35,618 nt of DNA from Reclinomonas americana ATCC 50394 (GCA_048213135.1 PS015419.1:104198-139815); one strand, 5' to 3'. Numbered from the stretch's first letter, positions 1-14,000 are shown. The notes: a model not told the origin generated them from the letters alone. Numbers and translations are program-made.

Positions 1-2893
1 CGCCAGCCGATTCAGCAACATTTCCTTTTCTCGGAAAAGCTGCGTTTCACGCTCCGTTAGCTGATCCATGCGCTCCTGCCACTCGAGCTCCTGTTCGCAG
101 GAAGCACGAAGCTCGATAAGAACCTCACTAAATAAGCACAATACACGCGCGGCCACACAAACCGCCTCCTGCTTCTGCTGCTCCAAGTCGACTTCGTCCT
201 TGTGCAAACTCTCCGCCAGCGAGAGGAACTCGGTCATCTTTTGTCGGGCGTGTTGAACCAGCTCCGTCACGTGACTTTGTGTCTGCGTTTGCGCACACAG
301 TGAGTCGCCACATGAAGAGGGGAGACTGCAACGACAACATACATACCTTGCGAAACTCACTCGGCACGTGACTGTCGGTGACCAGAAACGCACATCGCTT
401 CGCAATCACGGCGCACTTCTCCTCGCACACCGACACCAACTGACGCAGCGTCGGCAGCGTGTCGAATCCGCCCTGCAGCGCCAGTGTGCGTGGCGTGCTG
501 GCGCGCCCGTCGTAGCCTACACACACACAGTCAGCAGGGACACACACACACACACACCAGATAACAGAGAGCGCATGCCACTCGCCATTCGCCGGTGTGC
601 TGGGCGACGAGTTCGACGAGCTGGCCACCAGATCGGCGCCGCCAGCCACATGGTCGGCCAGGATCTCGACCTGTCGCAGTTGCATCAACTATGCGAGCGG
701 AGGGTGAGCGACAACGAACGAACAAGCAACCACGCTTTCCACCACCGCGGCCAACCTTCTCGTCAATCAACGCCTCGTACGTCTGCACCGACTTGAACAG
801 TGACACCGGGTTGGGGTCGTGATCGATCAGCACCAGCGTGGCTTGCGCCACACGGTCGACCAACGACGGATATTTCTGCATGCGCGTGGAGGAGGAGCAC
901 ACCGGTTTCATATTGCGGATTCACAGATCACGTACATGGACAACTGACTCACCTCGGAGAGATGGAGAAACTGGCGACTGAGAAAGTCCAACCGCCGCAG
1001 CAGAGTAATATGGTCCTGTTGGCGCAGCGACGGTCAGCAATGCAAGTGAGTGAAGGTGCCTTTCCAACACACTCGTACACACACACACACCTCATCGACA
1101 CCTCTGCGACATGCAACACCACCACAGCAGTGAGGAATCATTGGGGGTCTGGTGGCAATGCAAATCGACCAACTCACCGCAGCAGGAAGCCAAAGAGTGA
1201 CTTGACCGACGACACGTCTTCGTGCGGGTACAGCAAGCACGAGCGGAAAATGTCGGCCACCGTTTCGCTCTTCATCAGCACCTGCTCGTCGCTACTGTGA
1301 GACACACGACACACAGAAGAGACATGCGGGTACTGCACGCACATCGCGGAATGTGTGCATGCGACCAGAGGCGTCAACGTATTGTGGCGCACGACTAAAC
1401 GTGCCGACACCATCGCGGCCTTCGGAGAGTTTGCGAATGAGAATGTTAAAGTACACACTCCGCACCGGCTGCGCGCCGCAAAGTCAGTCAGGAATCACCT
1501 AAACCCCGCAACAAAAGGATGGGTACGAACCGGTCGGAGGCACTCGTCGCGCGCAATTTCAAAGCACTGGTGCAACTCGTCCACCGTCTGCGCACTGTCG
1601 ATGCGGCGAATGAGCATCTCCACCAGCGACAACTCCTGCATCATGCGGACATGCATCGTCAGCAACAATACCAATGACAAAGACGCACACACACGCGTGC
1701 ATACGGGCACGCAACATCCGACGGGATGGCATCCTCCGAGTGCAGCGACTGCGTGTCGACCGCAGCCACCACAGACGACACCGACGACGACGCGGAGCCG
1801 CTCGGCGCCGACACCTTGGTTTGTGCCGGCGGCTGATGCACCTGCAAGTACGACAGCGGCGGGTCTCGAGCCGACGGCAGGCGTGCCGACACTGAGCTGT
1901 CGACGCTACTCGACAGACCACGCAGGGTGCCACCACCGCCACCATGTTCATCATCATCGTCCTCTTCGTCGTCATCCTCCTCGTAGGCTTCATCGTCGTC
2001 GTCCTCCTCGTCCTCCTCATCGAAACCATCGTCGTCTTCGTCGCCACTGGAGCCACTCTTCTCATGATAATACGCAGCGGCGGTGCGACGACGGCCGCGA
2101 TGGCCACGACCCGCCGCCTCATCATCGTCATCCGCGTCGCCACTATCCGAGCTGTCGCTTGCACGCTGCACGCGCAGCTTGCGTGCCGCAGGTGCTCGAC
2201 CATCTCCTCCTCCTCCTCCTCCTCCTGCAGCAGCACCACCTGCGCCAGTCGCTGTTGCCGCAGCTGCCGTCGCCGCACCTCCCGATCCCGACGCTCCCGT
2301 ATTCCACTCGTGCGGCTTGACCAGGTAATCCAACAAGATATTAAAGTCATCCGTGGGCTTATTCTGCGACGCCAGGTACCGCATGCACTGCACAACGAGC
2401 TCTTTCGAGAAGCCAAACCCCTGTTGTTGTTGTTATAAAATGTCAAATGCACAATGACAACGCAGCGAATGCACTCAACATTGACCAACTGCTCGACAAG
2501 ATGCGTGCGCGACTCTGACGCGCCTGGAGTCGTGCGTCCCGAGCCACCAGAGGCCGTCGCAGCCGCTCTCCCAGGAGGCACCTCAAACGCCGAGATGAAT
2601 GACGAGGCTCTGGGCTTCACAGTCAACACAAACACAATCACTCACAGAGCAAAGAGCAAAAAGAGAGAGCGCAACGAAGAGCGCTGCTTTGTGCGTCGTC
2701 CCTTGCGCTTTCGTCGTCGCGCAGCCGAGGATGCAGTCGACGAGGATGACAACTTGCCGGGTGAGAGGCCGTGATGATGCGCGTCCACTCCCAGTGCTCC
2801 TCCTGTTGCTCCTCCTGTTGCTGCTGATGCAGACGATGAGGGAGGCTCGTGTGGTGCATGGGCAAGCACCTGGAAGGGGTTGTGCGTGCTCAT
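1..2893 (-). CDS. Uncharacterised multi-exon protein (3' end outside window): UBA-like helical motif, acidic/Gly-rich low-complexity tract, helical middle, C-terminal coiled coil
   Basis: ATG at 2893 (alternative 2908). Removing 12 introns (11 GT-AG, 1 GC-AG) gives one open frame: MSTHNPFQVL...LVEQLVN|GFGFSKELVVQCMRYL...DDFNILLDYL...ELSLVEMLIRRID...LEQQKQEA|ELEWQERMDQLTERE. No family recognised. Confidence 0.7.
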
Positions 2894-2940
2894 CGTCCCT
2901 CGACTCATCTTGCGGCACAGCAGGACAAGCGCGTGATCAA
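2894..2940. promoter_or_regulatory. Minimal head-to-head spacer between the unknown gene and PPIL2
   Basis: 47 nt between inferred divergent ATGs (32 nt if ATG 2908 is used). Confidence 0.5.
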
Positions 2941-5359
2941 ATGTCGTCCAAGGGCAAAGCCCACAACAAGGTGTGTGTGTGCCTCACTGTCTGTCTCTGC
3001 GTCTGTCTCACTCACTCTCTCTTGGTGCAGTTGTACATCACTCAGAAGGAGTGGGTGGAGAGCTTTGGCGGCAAATCGACTGCTGCTGAGCGCGAACATG
3101 TGCCCTTTCGTGTGCTTCCCTTTGATCACTGTGCGCTCAGTCTGCAGCCGGCACTGACGCCTGTCATTGCTCCTGATGGCACTCTCTTTGACATTGTGTT
3201 GCGTGCGAGGAACAGAGAGAGGGTCAACTTGCGCTGTGACTTATGCTGGTGTGTGTGTGTGTGTGCGTGTGTGTGTGCGTCGTCGTTGTCGCGCAGCAAC
3301 ATCCTGCCGTACTTGAAAAAGTACAAGATGCACCCGTGCACGGGCGAGCGTCTGAGTGCCAAGGATCTCACACGCGTGCACTTCCACAAGAACAAGGACG
3401 GCGAGTATCACTGCCCGATCACGTTCAAGGTGTTCACGCCGCACTCGCACATTGTGGTGATCCGCACCTCCGGCAACGTCTACTCGTGGGAGGCTGTCAA
3501 CGAGATGAACATCAAGATGAAGATGTGGAAGGATCTGCTCACCGATGAGCCCTTCCAGGGCCGCAAGGATATCCTCACGCTGCAGGACCCCAAGCAGGTG
3601 GCCAACAAGGACCCTGCGCGCTTCGACTATGTGCTCAAGGGCATTCGTGTGGTCGACGGCGAGCTGGCCGAGCGCATGAAGGATCCCTCGTTCTTCCTCA
3701 ATGTCAACTCGTCCACGGCGCGTGTCCTCAAGCGCATGGAAGAGGAGAAGGTGTCGGAGGCCACCATTCTGCCCAAGTCGGTGCTGGAGCGCATGGAGAA
3801 GCGCGAGGAGGAGGGTGAGTGGAGTGGCAAGAGGGTGCGAGGAGTTGAAGAGGACTCATTTTTGTTTGCATGTCGCAGATGCCACCCACTCGGCCGCGGC
3901 CGACTGGAAGTCGCGGGTGGAGCCGAAGCGCTCCACGACCAGTGCACCGTCTTTCACATCGACGGCCGTCAACCTTCGTTGCGTTCAAGTGGTGGTTGTC
4001 TTTGACGGCATCGTCGTTGTAAGGGCTCATTGGTTGGTGGGGGTGAACAGAGACGGAGACCAAGTACGGCGACGTGACCGAGGAAGATCGCCGTCGTGTG
4101 CAGTACGCGTGGCTGCGCAAGAAGAAGAAGAAGGGCTACGTGCAGTTGGTCACCACCCTCGGCGACATTAATATCGAGTTGCACTGCGATATGGTTCGTG
4201 TGTTGTGTGTCGCTGCTGTGGGTGTCTTGTGTGTGAACATGATGCTTATCAAGTGAGTGAGCACAGGCGCCGCGCACCTGCGAGAATTTCATCGGCCTGG
4301 CGAACAAGGGCTACTACAACGACACCATCTTCCACCGCAGCATCCGAAACTTTATGGTTCGCGCTCTCTTTCCCCTCTCCTCTACCCTTTGTTGGCGTCT
4401 CTCTCAGTCAACGTCTTTTCCGTGTGCGTGACCACAGATCCAAGGTGGCGATCCGACAGGCACCGGTCGCGGTGGCCAGTCGCTGTTCGGGCACAAGTTT
4501 GACGACGAGTTTGATCTGCGCTTGCACCACGACGCACGCGGCCTGCTGAGCATGGCCAACAGCGGACCGGGTACCAATGGATCGCAATTGTTACGTGGTG
4601 CACGTGTGGTGCTTGTAAGATGACGCCAAAGATGGCTGATCTTGGTGCACACTGCGCAGCTTCATCACATACAAGCCGTGCACACATCTGGACCGGAAAC
4701 ACACCATCTTTGGCCGTATGGTCAACGGAGAGGACACGCTGCGTGCCATGGAGGTGGTGCCGACGGGTGCCGATGACCGACCTGTGGTGAGTGAGCACGT
4801 GGTGTGACCCTGGGTGACGATGAATGCATTGTGTCTCATGGTGATTGCGCAGGAGGAGATCAAGATCCTGCGCATCAATGTGCTCGTCAATCCGTTTGAA
4901 GGTTGGAAAGCTGTCCGTGCCTCGGTTGTGCCTCTTCGTACTGCAAACTAACTTCTGCTCCGTGGCGTAGAGAATTTCCTGCAAGACGAAGAGGAACGCG
5001 AGCGCAAAGCCGCCGAGGTCGAGCGGCGTGCAGAGGAGCGCGAACGTGGCGATGACCCCGGCATGTGGTACTCGAATCCAACTCCTGTGGCGCAGCCGGT
5101 GGCTGCGGCCGGCCACTCGGGTGTGGGCAAGTATCTGCGCGCGCGTCTCGAAAGCAGTGCGTTGTGCCATAGGTTGTGGGAGAGTCCTTTTTTTCCAACG
5201 CGTCCTCACTCTTTGCGTCACACACACACAGCTGGCACGAAGCGCGCCCCCGAGGAGGAAGTGGTGGCGGATTTGGAGGCCGAGGATATTGTCGTGCCGC
5301 AAAAGAAGAAAAAGAAGGCGATCACCGGGCAGCAGTTTGGCGACTTTTCTGGTTGGTGA
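2941..5359 (+). CDS. PPIL2: RING-type E3 ligase/cyclophilin PPIL2 (Cyp60): N-terminal U-box-like region plus C-terminal cyclophilin domain; 11 exons
   Basis: Spliced motifs [126 protein letters not shown]; ends FGDFSGW*. Confidence 0.96.
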
Positions 5360-5437
5360 CCATGGAAAGCAATACACAGACAACAAGGGGCGTGTACAAT
5401 TCATGGAGGAGAATGGGTCTGCGTCTGCTTCCGCTTC

Positions 5438-7260
5438 TCACTGCTGCTCGCGTGTTGTCTTCCGCTTGCTGACGTCGTCGGTGACACCGTCGACTTCGTC
5501 CGGAATGCCGCCGCCCTTGAAGAGCGAGCGCAGCAACTTGACGGCTCCCCACGTGATCAAAAACGCCCAGTAGTAATTCAAAATCGTGGCCAGCGTGAGC
5601 GCCACAAAGAAGCACAGGAGCAGGAGAGGCTGCAAATACACCACGATTGAGAAAGGGAGGGGATCAATGAGTGGGTGAGGCGGAAGCAGCAGCGTACCGT
5701 GACACTCCAGAACAGCTCCGACTCGGTGTACACGATCCACAGCACGTACGGCGTCATGGCGACGCGGAACAACAAAAACCCGCCGCACATGAGCACTCCA
5801 TTGATCTGCGGGACGAGCGACGGTTGAGGACCACCGCGACACGCAGCACGAGGAGAGGGTGGGAACGCAACGGCAAAAGGCAGCGACTCGCGCTTGCCGA
5901 TCTTGGTCCACTGCCAGCGGAAGTTGACCGAGGGGGTGGTGATCTCCGTTCCCATAAAGAGCAGCACCTGCCGTGATGGCGGAGAGTGAGGAAAAGGGGA
6001 GCGAGTTTGCAAACAGATGTCTGAGGACGCAACAATGCCCGTCATCTGTCGGTAGCTGCCGGCGTGAAAGGAAGAGAGTGAGTCTGCAGAGTGGCGATGC
6101 ACGATTGAGAGGGACAAGGGCAAACCTGAATGCCAGCGGGAAGACAATGATGCCCATGCTGCGAGAAACGACAGTAAGCACCATTATCACTCGAAAGGGC
6201 ATGGAAAGCCGTGCTCACATGTGATGCACGAGGGTCCCGACACTGAAAAACGTCTTCTGGTCGACAATCATCGTGACGCTGCGAGTGGAGTGAGCAGTGG
6301 AGATGTCACGAAGATCACTAAGACATGACGCAACAGATCGCAGTAAAAGTACCCGGCGCAAATGCCACAGCACCACAGGCTGCACGCACAACACCGTCAG
6401 CACCACAACACTCTGCGGCGCGACAGCAGAGGCGACAAGAAACAGACCCCGATTGGCTGGTTCCGCGCATCATTTCAGCCGTGGTGGCATAGTCGCCCGA
6501 GTAGAACAACGAGTACCCCGCAAACCCTGCAACAGGAGGATGAGCACCTCAGCGCAACACACTCCTCCAAACACACACACACACACCAGCGACCACAAGC
6601 GCATGAATCGTCGACAAGTGACGATTGTAGAACTGCAACTGCACGAACGCGGTCAAACTGACAAGCACGACACACAGAGCAAGACACAGTGGAGGCCACT
6701 CAACAACGTCACTGCGTCTCAACTGATGCACAGCAGCATGCGGGAAGATGGCATACATGTACGGAGCTGCAACAACAGCACAATCAGCAGCATGCACAAT
6801 GCATTGATCAAGGCAACACCACACAGCGTACCAGACTCCTGCACAAACGCACACACAACCGCTGTGCACAAGACGGTTATCACCTACACACACACACACG
6901 CGCGAGCACAAGCACGCACGCACCAGCCGCCGCCTGCAAGCGCAACAAGAACACCACATCATCCCAATAGACTCCATGCGAGACCGCCTCCACTGGCGAC
7001 CCATCCTCCGCGATAATCGCTGTCTCCGCCGCAGGCACGCGCTTCACAATGAGCACCGACAAGCACACAAGGAGACCGGCGAGGCCCATGACCTCGTTCT
7101 TGCCACGCGGAATCATTGACACCTTCTCTTTCTCTGCCTCTGTAGTGCTGTTGCTCACTGTCTTGCCTGCGCGGTAGGCGGCCTCGTAGGCGCTGTCGTC
7201 GTCATCGTCGTCGTCGCTGTGTGGCACGTTGTTGCCGTCGTCGTAGTGGCGGCGACGCAT
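5438..7260 (-). CDS. TLC (TRAM/LAG1/CLN8) domain membrane protein, TLCD4/TMEM56- or TLCD3-like; 12 exons
   Basis: Spliced TLC motifs LSTIHA, GYFYCDL, LVHHI, TEITTPSVNFRW, INGVLMCGGFLLFRV, LNYYWAFLI, with several hydrophobic segments; ATG 7260, TGA 5438. Confidence 0.88.
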
Positions 7261-7465
7261 GAGAGAGAACGAAGTTGAGTGTGTCCTGCTGCCGATTAGC
7301 GCGCGTGTGTGTCTTGTGTGTGTCACAGCGCGCGGGTGCAACAAGAAGGTGCGTTGCTCTTCTCTGCATGCGTGCGTGCGTGCGTGTGTGTGCAGGCGCG
7401 CGCGTGTGTGTGCGTGTGCGCTGAGAGCATGGCCATCACAGCTCCCTCCTCGTGCGCGCGTGGCA

Positions 7466-10400
7466 ATGAGTGACGCGACTGCGACGACAGCCACAGCAGC
7501 GGCGACTGCAGGTGCGGCAGGTGCGACAGGTGCGAGTGGGAGTGGGATCACTGGTGCGCCGGCGCCTGAGGGGCCTCCGTCGTCGTATGCATCCTCGCGC
7601 ACGTATCGCTTCTCCAAGCGACTGGAGGACGCCATTGCAGAGGTGTGCCGCGTGTGAGGATGAGAGGTCGAGTCGAACATGCGGCTCATGTGATGTTGTC
7701 GATAGGTGTTGCCGAGTGACAAGATCTATGACAGCCCGAGCTTTGACATTACGGCGTATGTGAATCAGCGCTTCCCCGATGTGCACTCGTTGGACACGGT
7801 GGATGTGTTTGTGGAGAACCTGCGCAAGGAGATTGCGGATACGGATGCGGAGGTGGCGGAGGCTGTCAAGCGGCAGTCGTCGAATCGACAGGTGGCGCAG
7901 GATTCGCTGTTGGAGAGTCATCGAGTCATGGCTGTGCGTCGCGCTCTGTGCTGCTCGCTGTCTCTGCTTTTTCATTCATTCTCGTGAACATGCAGCAACT
8001 GGCCGACAAGATTGGCGAGATCAAGCGCAAGGCCGAGCGCTCCGAGTCGATGGTGCAGGAGATTTGTCGCGACATCAAGACGCTGGATATCGCCAAGCGC
8101 AACCTCACAGCCACCATCACTGCGCTCCGCAAAGTGCAGGACTTTGGTGCGGGCTTGCCGTGCTGCGCTGTGTGTGTTGGAGAGTACGACTCATCGCCAC
8201 GTTTCCTCTCCGCAGAGTCTGGCCTGACGCAGCTGCAGACACTGTATCCGCTGAAAAAGTATCGCGAGTCGGCCATGCGGTTCCAGGCCTTGCAGGGCTT
8301 CTCCGAGTTCTTCTCTGGCTACCGCGATGTGCCGAAAGTGCGCGCCCTCCAGGGCATGTTCGACGCACATCGTCATGCGCTGCAGACGGTGGTGGTCGAG
8401 GACTTTAAAGCGTTGCGTGCAGCTGGCCCACTGTGTGTGTGTGTGCGCTTGTGTACGCATGCTGCGTCCGCTCACCACATCACGCGCAGCAACTATTCAT
8501 TCAAGTTTACGGGTGACGCACCGCCCATTATCGAGGAGGCGGTGTGGTTGCTGGAGGCACTCGGCGAGACCGTGTGGTGCGTCAAGTGTCCTTGTGCGTA
8601 TGCGTGCGTAAGGCGTGAGTTTCCTGCTCACATGACACGAGCAGGAAACCACTGGTCGAAGGCTGGATGTGCAGCCGCTTTGCCGACGAGTACACGCAGT
8701 TCTTCAATCCACAGCAGGAGGTGTGGAGAGCGTGACTTGTGTGAGTATTCTTCAGTGCCCCTCATTGCGTCCCGTCTGCGCAGCACTCGGCGTTTGAGCA
8801 ACTGGACCGACGCTACATGTGGTTGAAGCGACAGCTGCACAACTTTTCACAAAACTGCGACTTTTTCCCGCCGCACTGGAACGTACTGCAGGGCCTCTGT
8901 GTGGAGTTTTGCTTGCGCACTGGGTGTGTCTCTCTTTGTGCAACTGCGCTCCGTGTTGGTCTCGTTTGCGTGCTCACCCTGCATGACTCGCCTTGCAGCA
9001 ATGCTGTCACACAGCTGCTGGACAGAATGGGTGACGCGCTGAATGTGAACGCGCTGGTCAAGGGCCTGCAGCGCACCATCGAAATCGAGGTGTATCTCAC
9101 ACGCTACTTTGACCAAAAGGCGCGCGGTATCGAGGTACGCGCAGCAGCAGCAGCAGCAGCAGCATGTCGTCCGCCATTGTTTCACTCAGCCAGTCCCCCT
9201 TTTCACAGCCCGACGAGGACCGCGCGGCTCGTGATCCGTCAGGTTCGGCGGCCGCGGAGAAGGAGGACACGGAGATGGACACTATTCGCGCGCATCATCG
9301 CCGCATCCGCGAAAAGTACTTTGTGCGCGAGGAGGAGATCGAAGGTGCGTCACGGGTTGTCGCTGTGGGCCTAGTGTTGCTTTCCCCTGCTGACTCGACT
9401 CCACGCACGCACAGCCAAGAAAACGTCACCAACGAACGGCATTCGATGGGATGGCGAGGGTGCGCCGCCGGCTGCGTGGGCGCGCCGTGTGCGGTGGGAG
9501 GGCCTGATCTCGTCCTACTTCAACACGTACATGAAGATCTACGTCGACCACGAAGACAGGTTTTGTTGCTGTCCCGCGGTGGTTGTGCGTTGCAGGCGCT
9601 GCGTGACTGACTGTGACGTAGACTCATTGGCGAGGCCTACATCAAGCTGTTCGACGAGGAGACATGGGCGCCCAAGGATCCCGAGCGCAGCCTGTCACTC
9701 GACTCGTGCAACAAGCTGTTCTACGTGCTCTCGACCAGCTTCAAGCGCGCCGTGGCACTCACCCGCGGCTACCCGCTCATCGACATCAGCAAGGTGTACG
9801 CCAAGTACCTCGATGCGTACGGTGATGCGCTGAGTGCGCGGCTACCGAAGGGCTCGGCCAGGGATTCCATGTTCAAGCTGCCCGATGTGCTGCACTTTGG
9901 TTCTGACCGGGTTTGTCGCTCTTGCTCTCTCTCCTGTTTGAAGAAACACTCTTCTGTCGCATGTCGACTCACGTGCGTGATGGCTGCAGCGCGAGAAAGG
10001 CGAAGAGATTTACAAGGTGGACGACGCCACACTCATCGGCGTCGCCTACATTGTGGAGACTGCTGAGTACGCGCACGAAACGATCAACTCGCTGATTGGT
10101 AGCATTCGCAAGAATCTGGACGAGGGTTGCCGCCAGGAGATGTTCGAGTTCACCGACACGATTGAGCGCTACGCAACGTGCGTCCCTCGTTCTCCACAGG
10201 CGCATTCTGCGTGTGTTTATTGAGTTGTTGTTGCGTGTGCGCGCGTGCACAGTATCATCTCGCGTGGCATGAAGATCCTGGTGTCGGCGCTGTCAACGCG
10301 GCTGGAACCGGCCATTGGTTCCATTCCCAAGTACGACTGGGACCAGGTCGACATGAGCAGCGAGGGTGCCACGGACAACTCGCCATACGCTCGCGAGATC

Positions 10401-10949
10401 ATTGACTTGATCACCGCCTGCTTCCCGCCAGTGCTGCGCGCCCTGTCCAGCAAGTACCGACGCTTCTTGTGCGACAAGTTCGTCACATCGTTTGTGCCGA
10501 AGGTGCTCGCCAGCATCTACAAGTGCAAGAAAATCAGCGAGGACGGCGGCCACAAGATGCTGCTCGACTTGGAAAGCCTGAAGGCCATTCTGCGGCCACT
10601 GCCGAGCATGGGCGACCCCGACGGCGGCTCCAATGTGCCCGCCAGGTACTCCTGCGCACCCCATCTTTTGTTGACGACGCCTTGCCCTTACCCACATTCG
10701 CTCCTTCTTTCCGCCAACAGCTACACGCGCTTGCTCGACAAGGAGGTCGACAAGATTGTGCGCGTGCTCAAGTTCCTGTTCCAGCCGGCCAACGATGTCA
10801 AGACCACCGTTCTCAACTTCCACTCTCTCATCGGCAACGGCACCGTCAGCGACTTCCAGAAGCTGCTGGAGCTGCGCGGCCTCAAGAGGTCCGAGCAGGC
10901 GCCGTACATTGAGATGCTACAGTCGCACATGATTGGGTCGGCGCCATGA
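7466..10949 (+). CDS. VPS53: GARP/EARP complex subunit VPS53; 14 exons
   Basis: DSPSFDITAYVNQRFPD, IKRKAERSESMVQEICRDIKTLDIAKRNLTATITALRK, LDRRYMWLKR, FPPHWNV, GLISSYFNTYMKIYVDHED, YKCKKISEDGGHKMLLDLESLK, DFQKLLELRGLKRSEQ. Confidence 0.96.
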
Positions 10950-11034
10950 GAGGACGCCTGGTCCGAACGCAATATAGCAACGCACAACAATCTATCCAAG
11001 TCACTGCGGGGGCAACACAAAAACGATATATGTA

Positions 11035-14000
11035 TTATCTTGCCTCGTCCACCATCTCCACATCACCATCATCAGCATCGTCGTCGACCACTATCGGGGA
11101 GACGCAGGCGGTGGAGGCCAGAGTCTCGATCACTGGTCGCAGTGTGTCATTCGTAAATCGCTGCAGCAGGTCTCGGCACAGTGTCTCCACCGACTGCGCG
11201 CGGCATGTGAGCACACCTCGACACAAAACACACACACAAGCCACTCTCGTGCATGCACGCACCTGCTTGACGACTTTCGCGACGGACCCAAAGAGCCGAG
11301 TGAGGCACATGACCGAGTACTTGACCAGACCACGAACGCCAACAGCATCGGCTTTGGTGCGCAGGTGCGACTGCACGGCGTCCACCAAGTGCTTCGCCAA
11401 CAATGATGCGTCCTTGGCGGAGAGCATCGACAGCACCAGGTCGCTTCGCAGCACCGAATGCAGCTGCCATCGACACGTGCCAGTGAGACCAATAGTTGTA
11501 TGGAACAAGGAGGAGGAAAAGAGGAATGCACGCACCAGTGTGCTTGCCCACTGCGCCTCAATGGCGGTCCGTTGCAGCATACCCTTCAGTCTGTCCACGC
11601 ACTCGGCCTGCACGAGCCCACATCGGAGTCCTGTATGCATACAACCCCAGTCGGTGAGCCATAAACCACAGTAGTTACAACAAGTGAGCAGGGCACGAAA
11701 CTCTCTTGTGCTTGAGAGGCCGCCGTTCCAGCGGGCACATCGAGCAAAATGTTCACCAGCAGGGCACACATCGACTGCATATCATGTCAGTCACAGCAGT
11801 GCGCGGCACACTCTCAGTCGTCACCACTCACCGACACCACCACCGGATCCTCATCGGCGAGCATTGCCGTCACGTTGGCCTCGAAGAATCGATCATTCAG
11901 CGCCGCTTCCACCAGGAACTCGAAGCGCTGCACACAACGCAAATCAGCAAAGCAGTCATCTTCCTCTTTCCTTCGCTCCGCCCCCCACTCACCGGCTTGT
12001 CAGAGGCTGCAGTCATGCCCACAAGTCGTTGCGCCAACCGCGCACAGTGGGCTCGCACAGACGCACCGTCGCTGCCGAGAAGCGGCAGCGGGAGCACCGA
12101 GAGCGCGCATCGCACCGTGCCGAGTACGGCAGCGAAAATGTCAAACTGCGCCAAGGCTGGTCCGACCTCACGGCCGTTCAGCAATTCACTGGCGCTCTCC
12201 AGCATGCTGAAGAGGGCGACCGAGGCAGGCACGCTGGCCTCCGGTACCGGCACCGGCAGCGAAGCCGCCAGCGCCTCCACCATATCCTACGTACAACACA
12301 CGCGAATTAGTGATTGCGACCACCAACAACACGATTCTCAGTGCACGACAACCCACCTCATGCGTGAGACACGCAGTCAACCACTGCGACTCGTCGTCGA
12401 CTGGACCCGGTGACGAGAGGTTCCCGAATCCGTCGTCGCCATCGTCATCGTCGTCGCTGTCCATAGCACTGCTACGTCCGCGGAAATCGCCATCGTCTTC
12501 ATCGTCGTCGTCGTCGTCTTCATCCTCTTCATCGTCTTCCTCCTCGTCCTCACCGTCGTCCTCGTCTTCCTGCTCCTTCACATCCACCATCTCCGCATCA
12601 CCGCCGTGCACGTCGCTAGTGGGACCCTCCTCATCTTCATACTCCACAACGTCATCATCGACGGTCTCCGGCACACCGGCAGCATCGACCTCCTCCGGGG
12701 GAGGTATGGCGTGGTCGGGAGTAGAAATGGCCACCACATCGCTGTCGAACTCGTCCTCCACCTCCTCCACCTCCTCCGCAATGTTCCCGTTGCCAGACAC
12801 CACCGACGCCACGTTTCCGCTTGGCTCAGCGCTGCGCATCATCGACACAATGGTGCGACGGGCGGCGGCCACTGGCACGGTTGTCGGCGCGGTCACCGGC
12901 GCCGTGGTTTCGACTGCACTCGCCGTTGCCGACGCCTCCACATTCTTCTTCTTGCGTTTACGCGGCGGCTGTTCGCCATTCTCGCCGGCTGGTGACCGAG
13001 TGTCAGATCGGGAGCAGCAACAAGACAAAAAAACATACAACCAAACCTTCTCCAGTGGCGGCGACACGCTTGCGTGGTGTCGCAGACTTCTTCTCCTGCA
13101 GGGGCGGCAGCTCGGGAACTTGCATATCCACACCCTAACGTGTTTCTTTGCATCAGCACAACAGTGGACGGACAACACACATATACATGGGCACACGAAT
13201 CACCAACCATTTCTGCCAGGGCGGACTGCTGCACCTCCCAACGACGCTGCGCGTGGGGGCAATCAAGTGCGTGAGCCCAAAGCAGCAGCACAAAGACAGA
13301 TCTTCAGAGTCTCCGCACACACACCTTGTTCTTCTTGGTCAGTGACTGAATCAGCCTCTCCACTTGCCGCTGCGATGGCTTGGATTCGACGCACGCGGCC
13401 AGCACCTCTGGCACGAGCTTCTGCAGACCCACAGTCGATCCGTGCACCAGCTGGTAGCATGCACACGCGCGCACAGTGAGCACATCCACAGCACTTGCGC
13501 CCTCCGGCAATGGCAAAACTCACCTTCACCACAAGCGGAATCTCCTCGACCTTCACCAACCGCTTCTGAACGCCAGGGCGCTTGCCATCGTCACCCACCT
13601 GACCCGCAGCGTCAGCCGCAGCGGAGCCAGACGGCGACGCGGCGCCTTCGCCACCCTCAGCGGCACTGCCATCGGCGGCGGCCGCAGGCGGCTCGGGAGG
13701 CCGGACGAATGAAATATCTTCGGAGCCTGATGTGACGGAGTGAGTGACGATAAAGATGCATGGAAACGCCCATCGCGTGCGACACATGCCTGGCAAGACG
13801 CGCATGCGGAACCGCGACAGGAACGCCACAGCATCGTGCGACACGGAGGTGGCCAGTGATGCTGATGGTTTCCAAAAGTGAGCACGGTGTGCGATTTTGG
13901 CAAAACAACTCGCGTGCATACCTTGCCCTGCATTGTTCTGGTGCAGGAACACGCCATAGAACACCGGCGTCATGTCCGGCTGGTTGGCGGCGTTGCCGGC

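Noticed and set aside
3198-4659. Reading shifted donors as G|TT...AG non-canonical introns
   Set aside because: Making the G exonic frameshifts conserved motifs (DIVNILP, GSQFFIT, GNKMDL); the cut is before GT.
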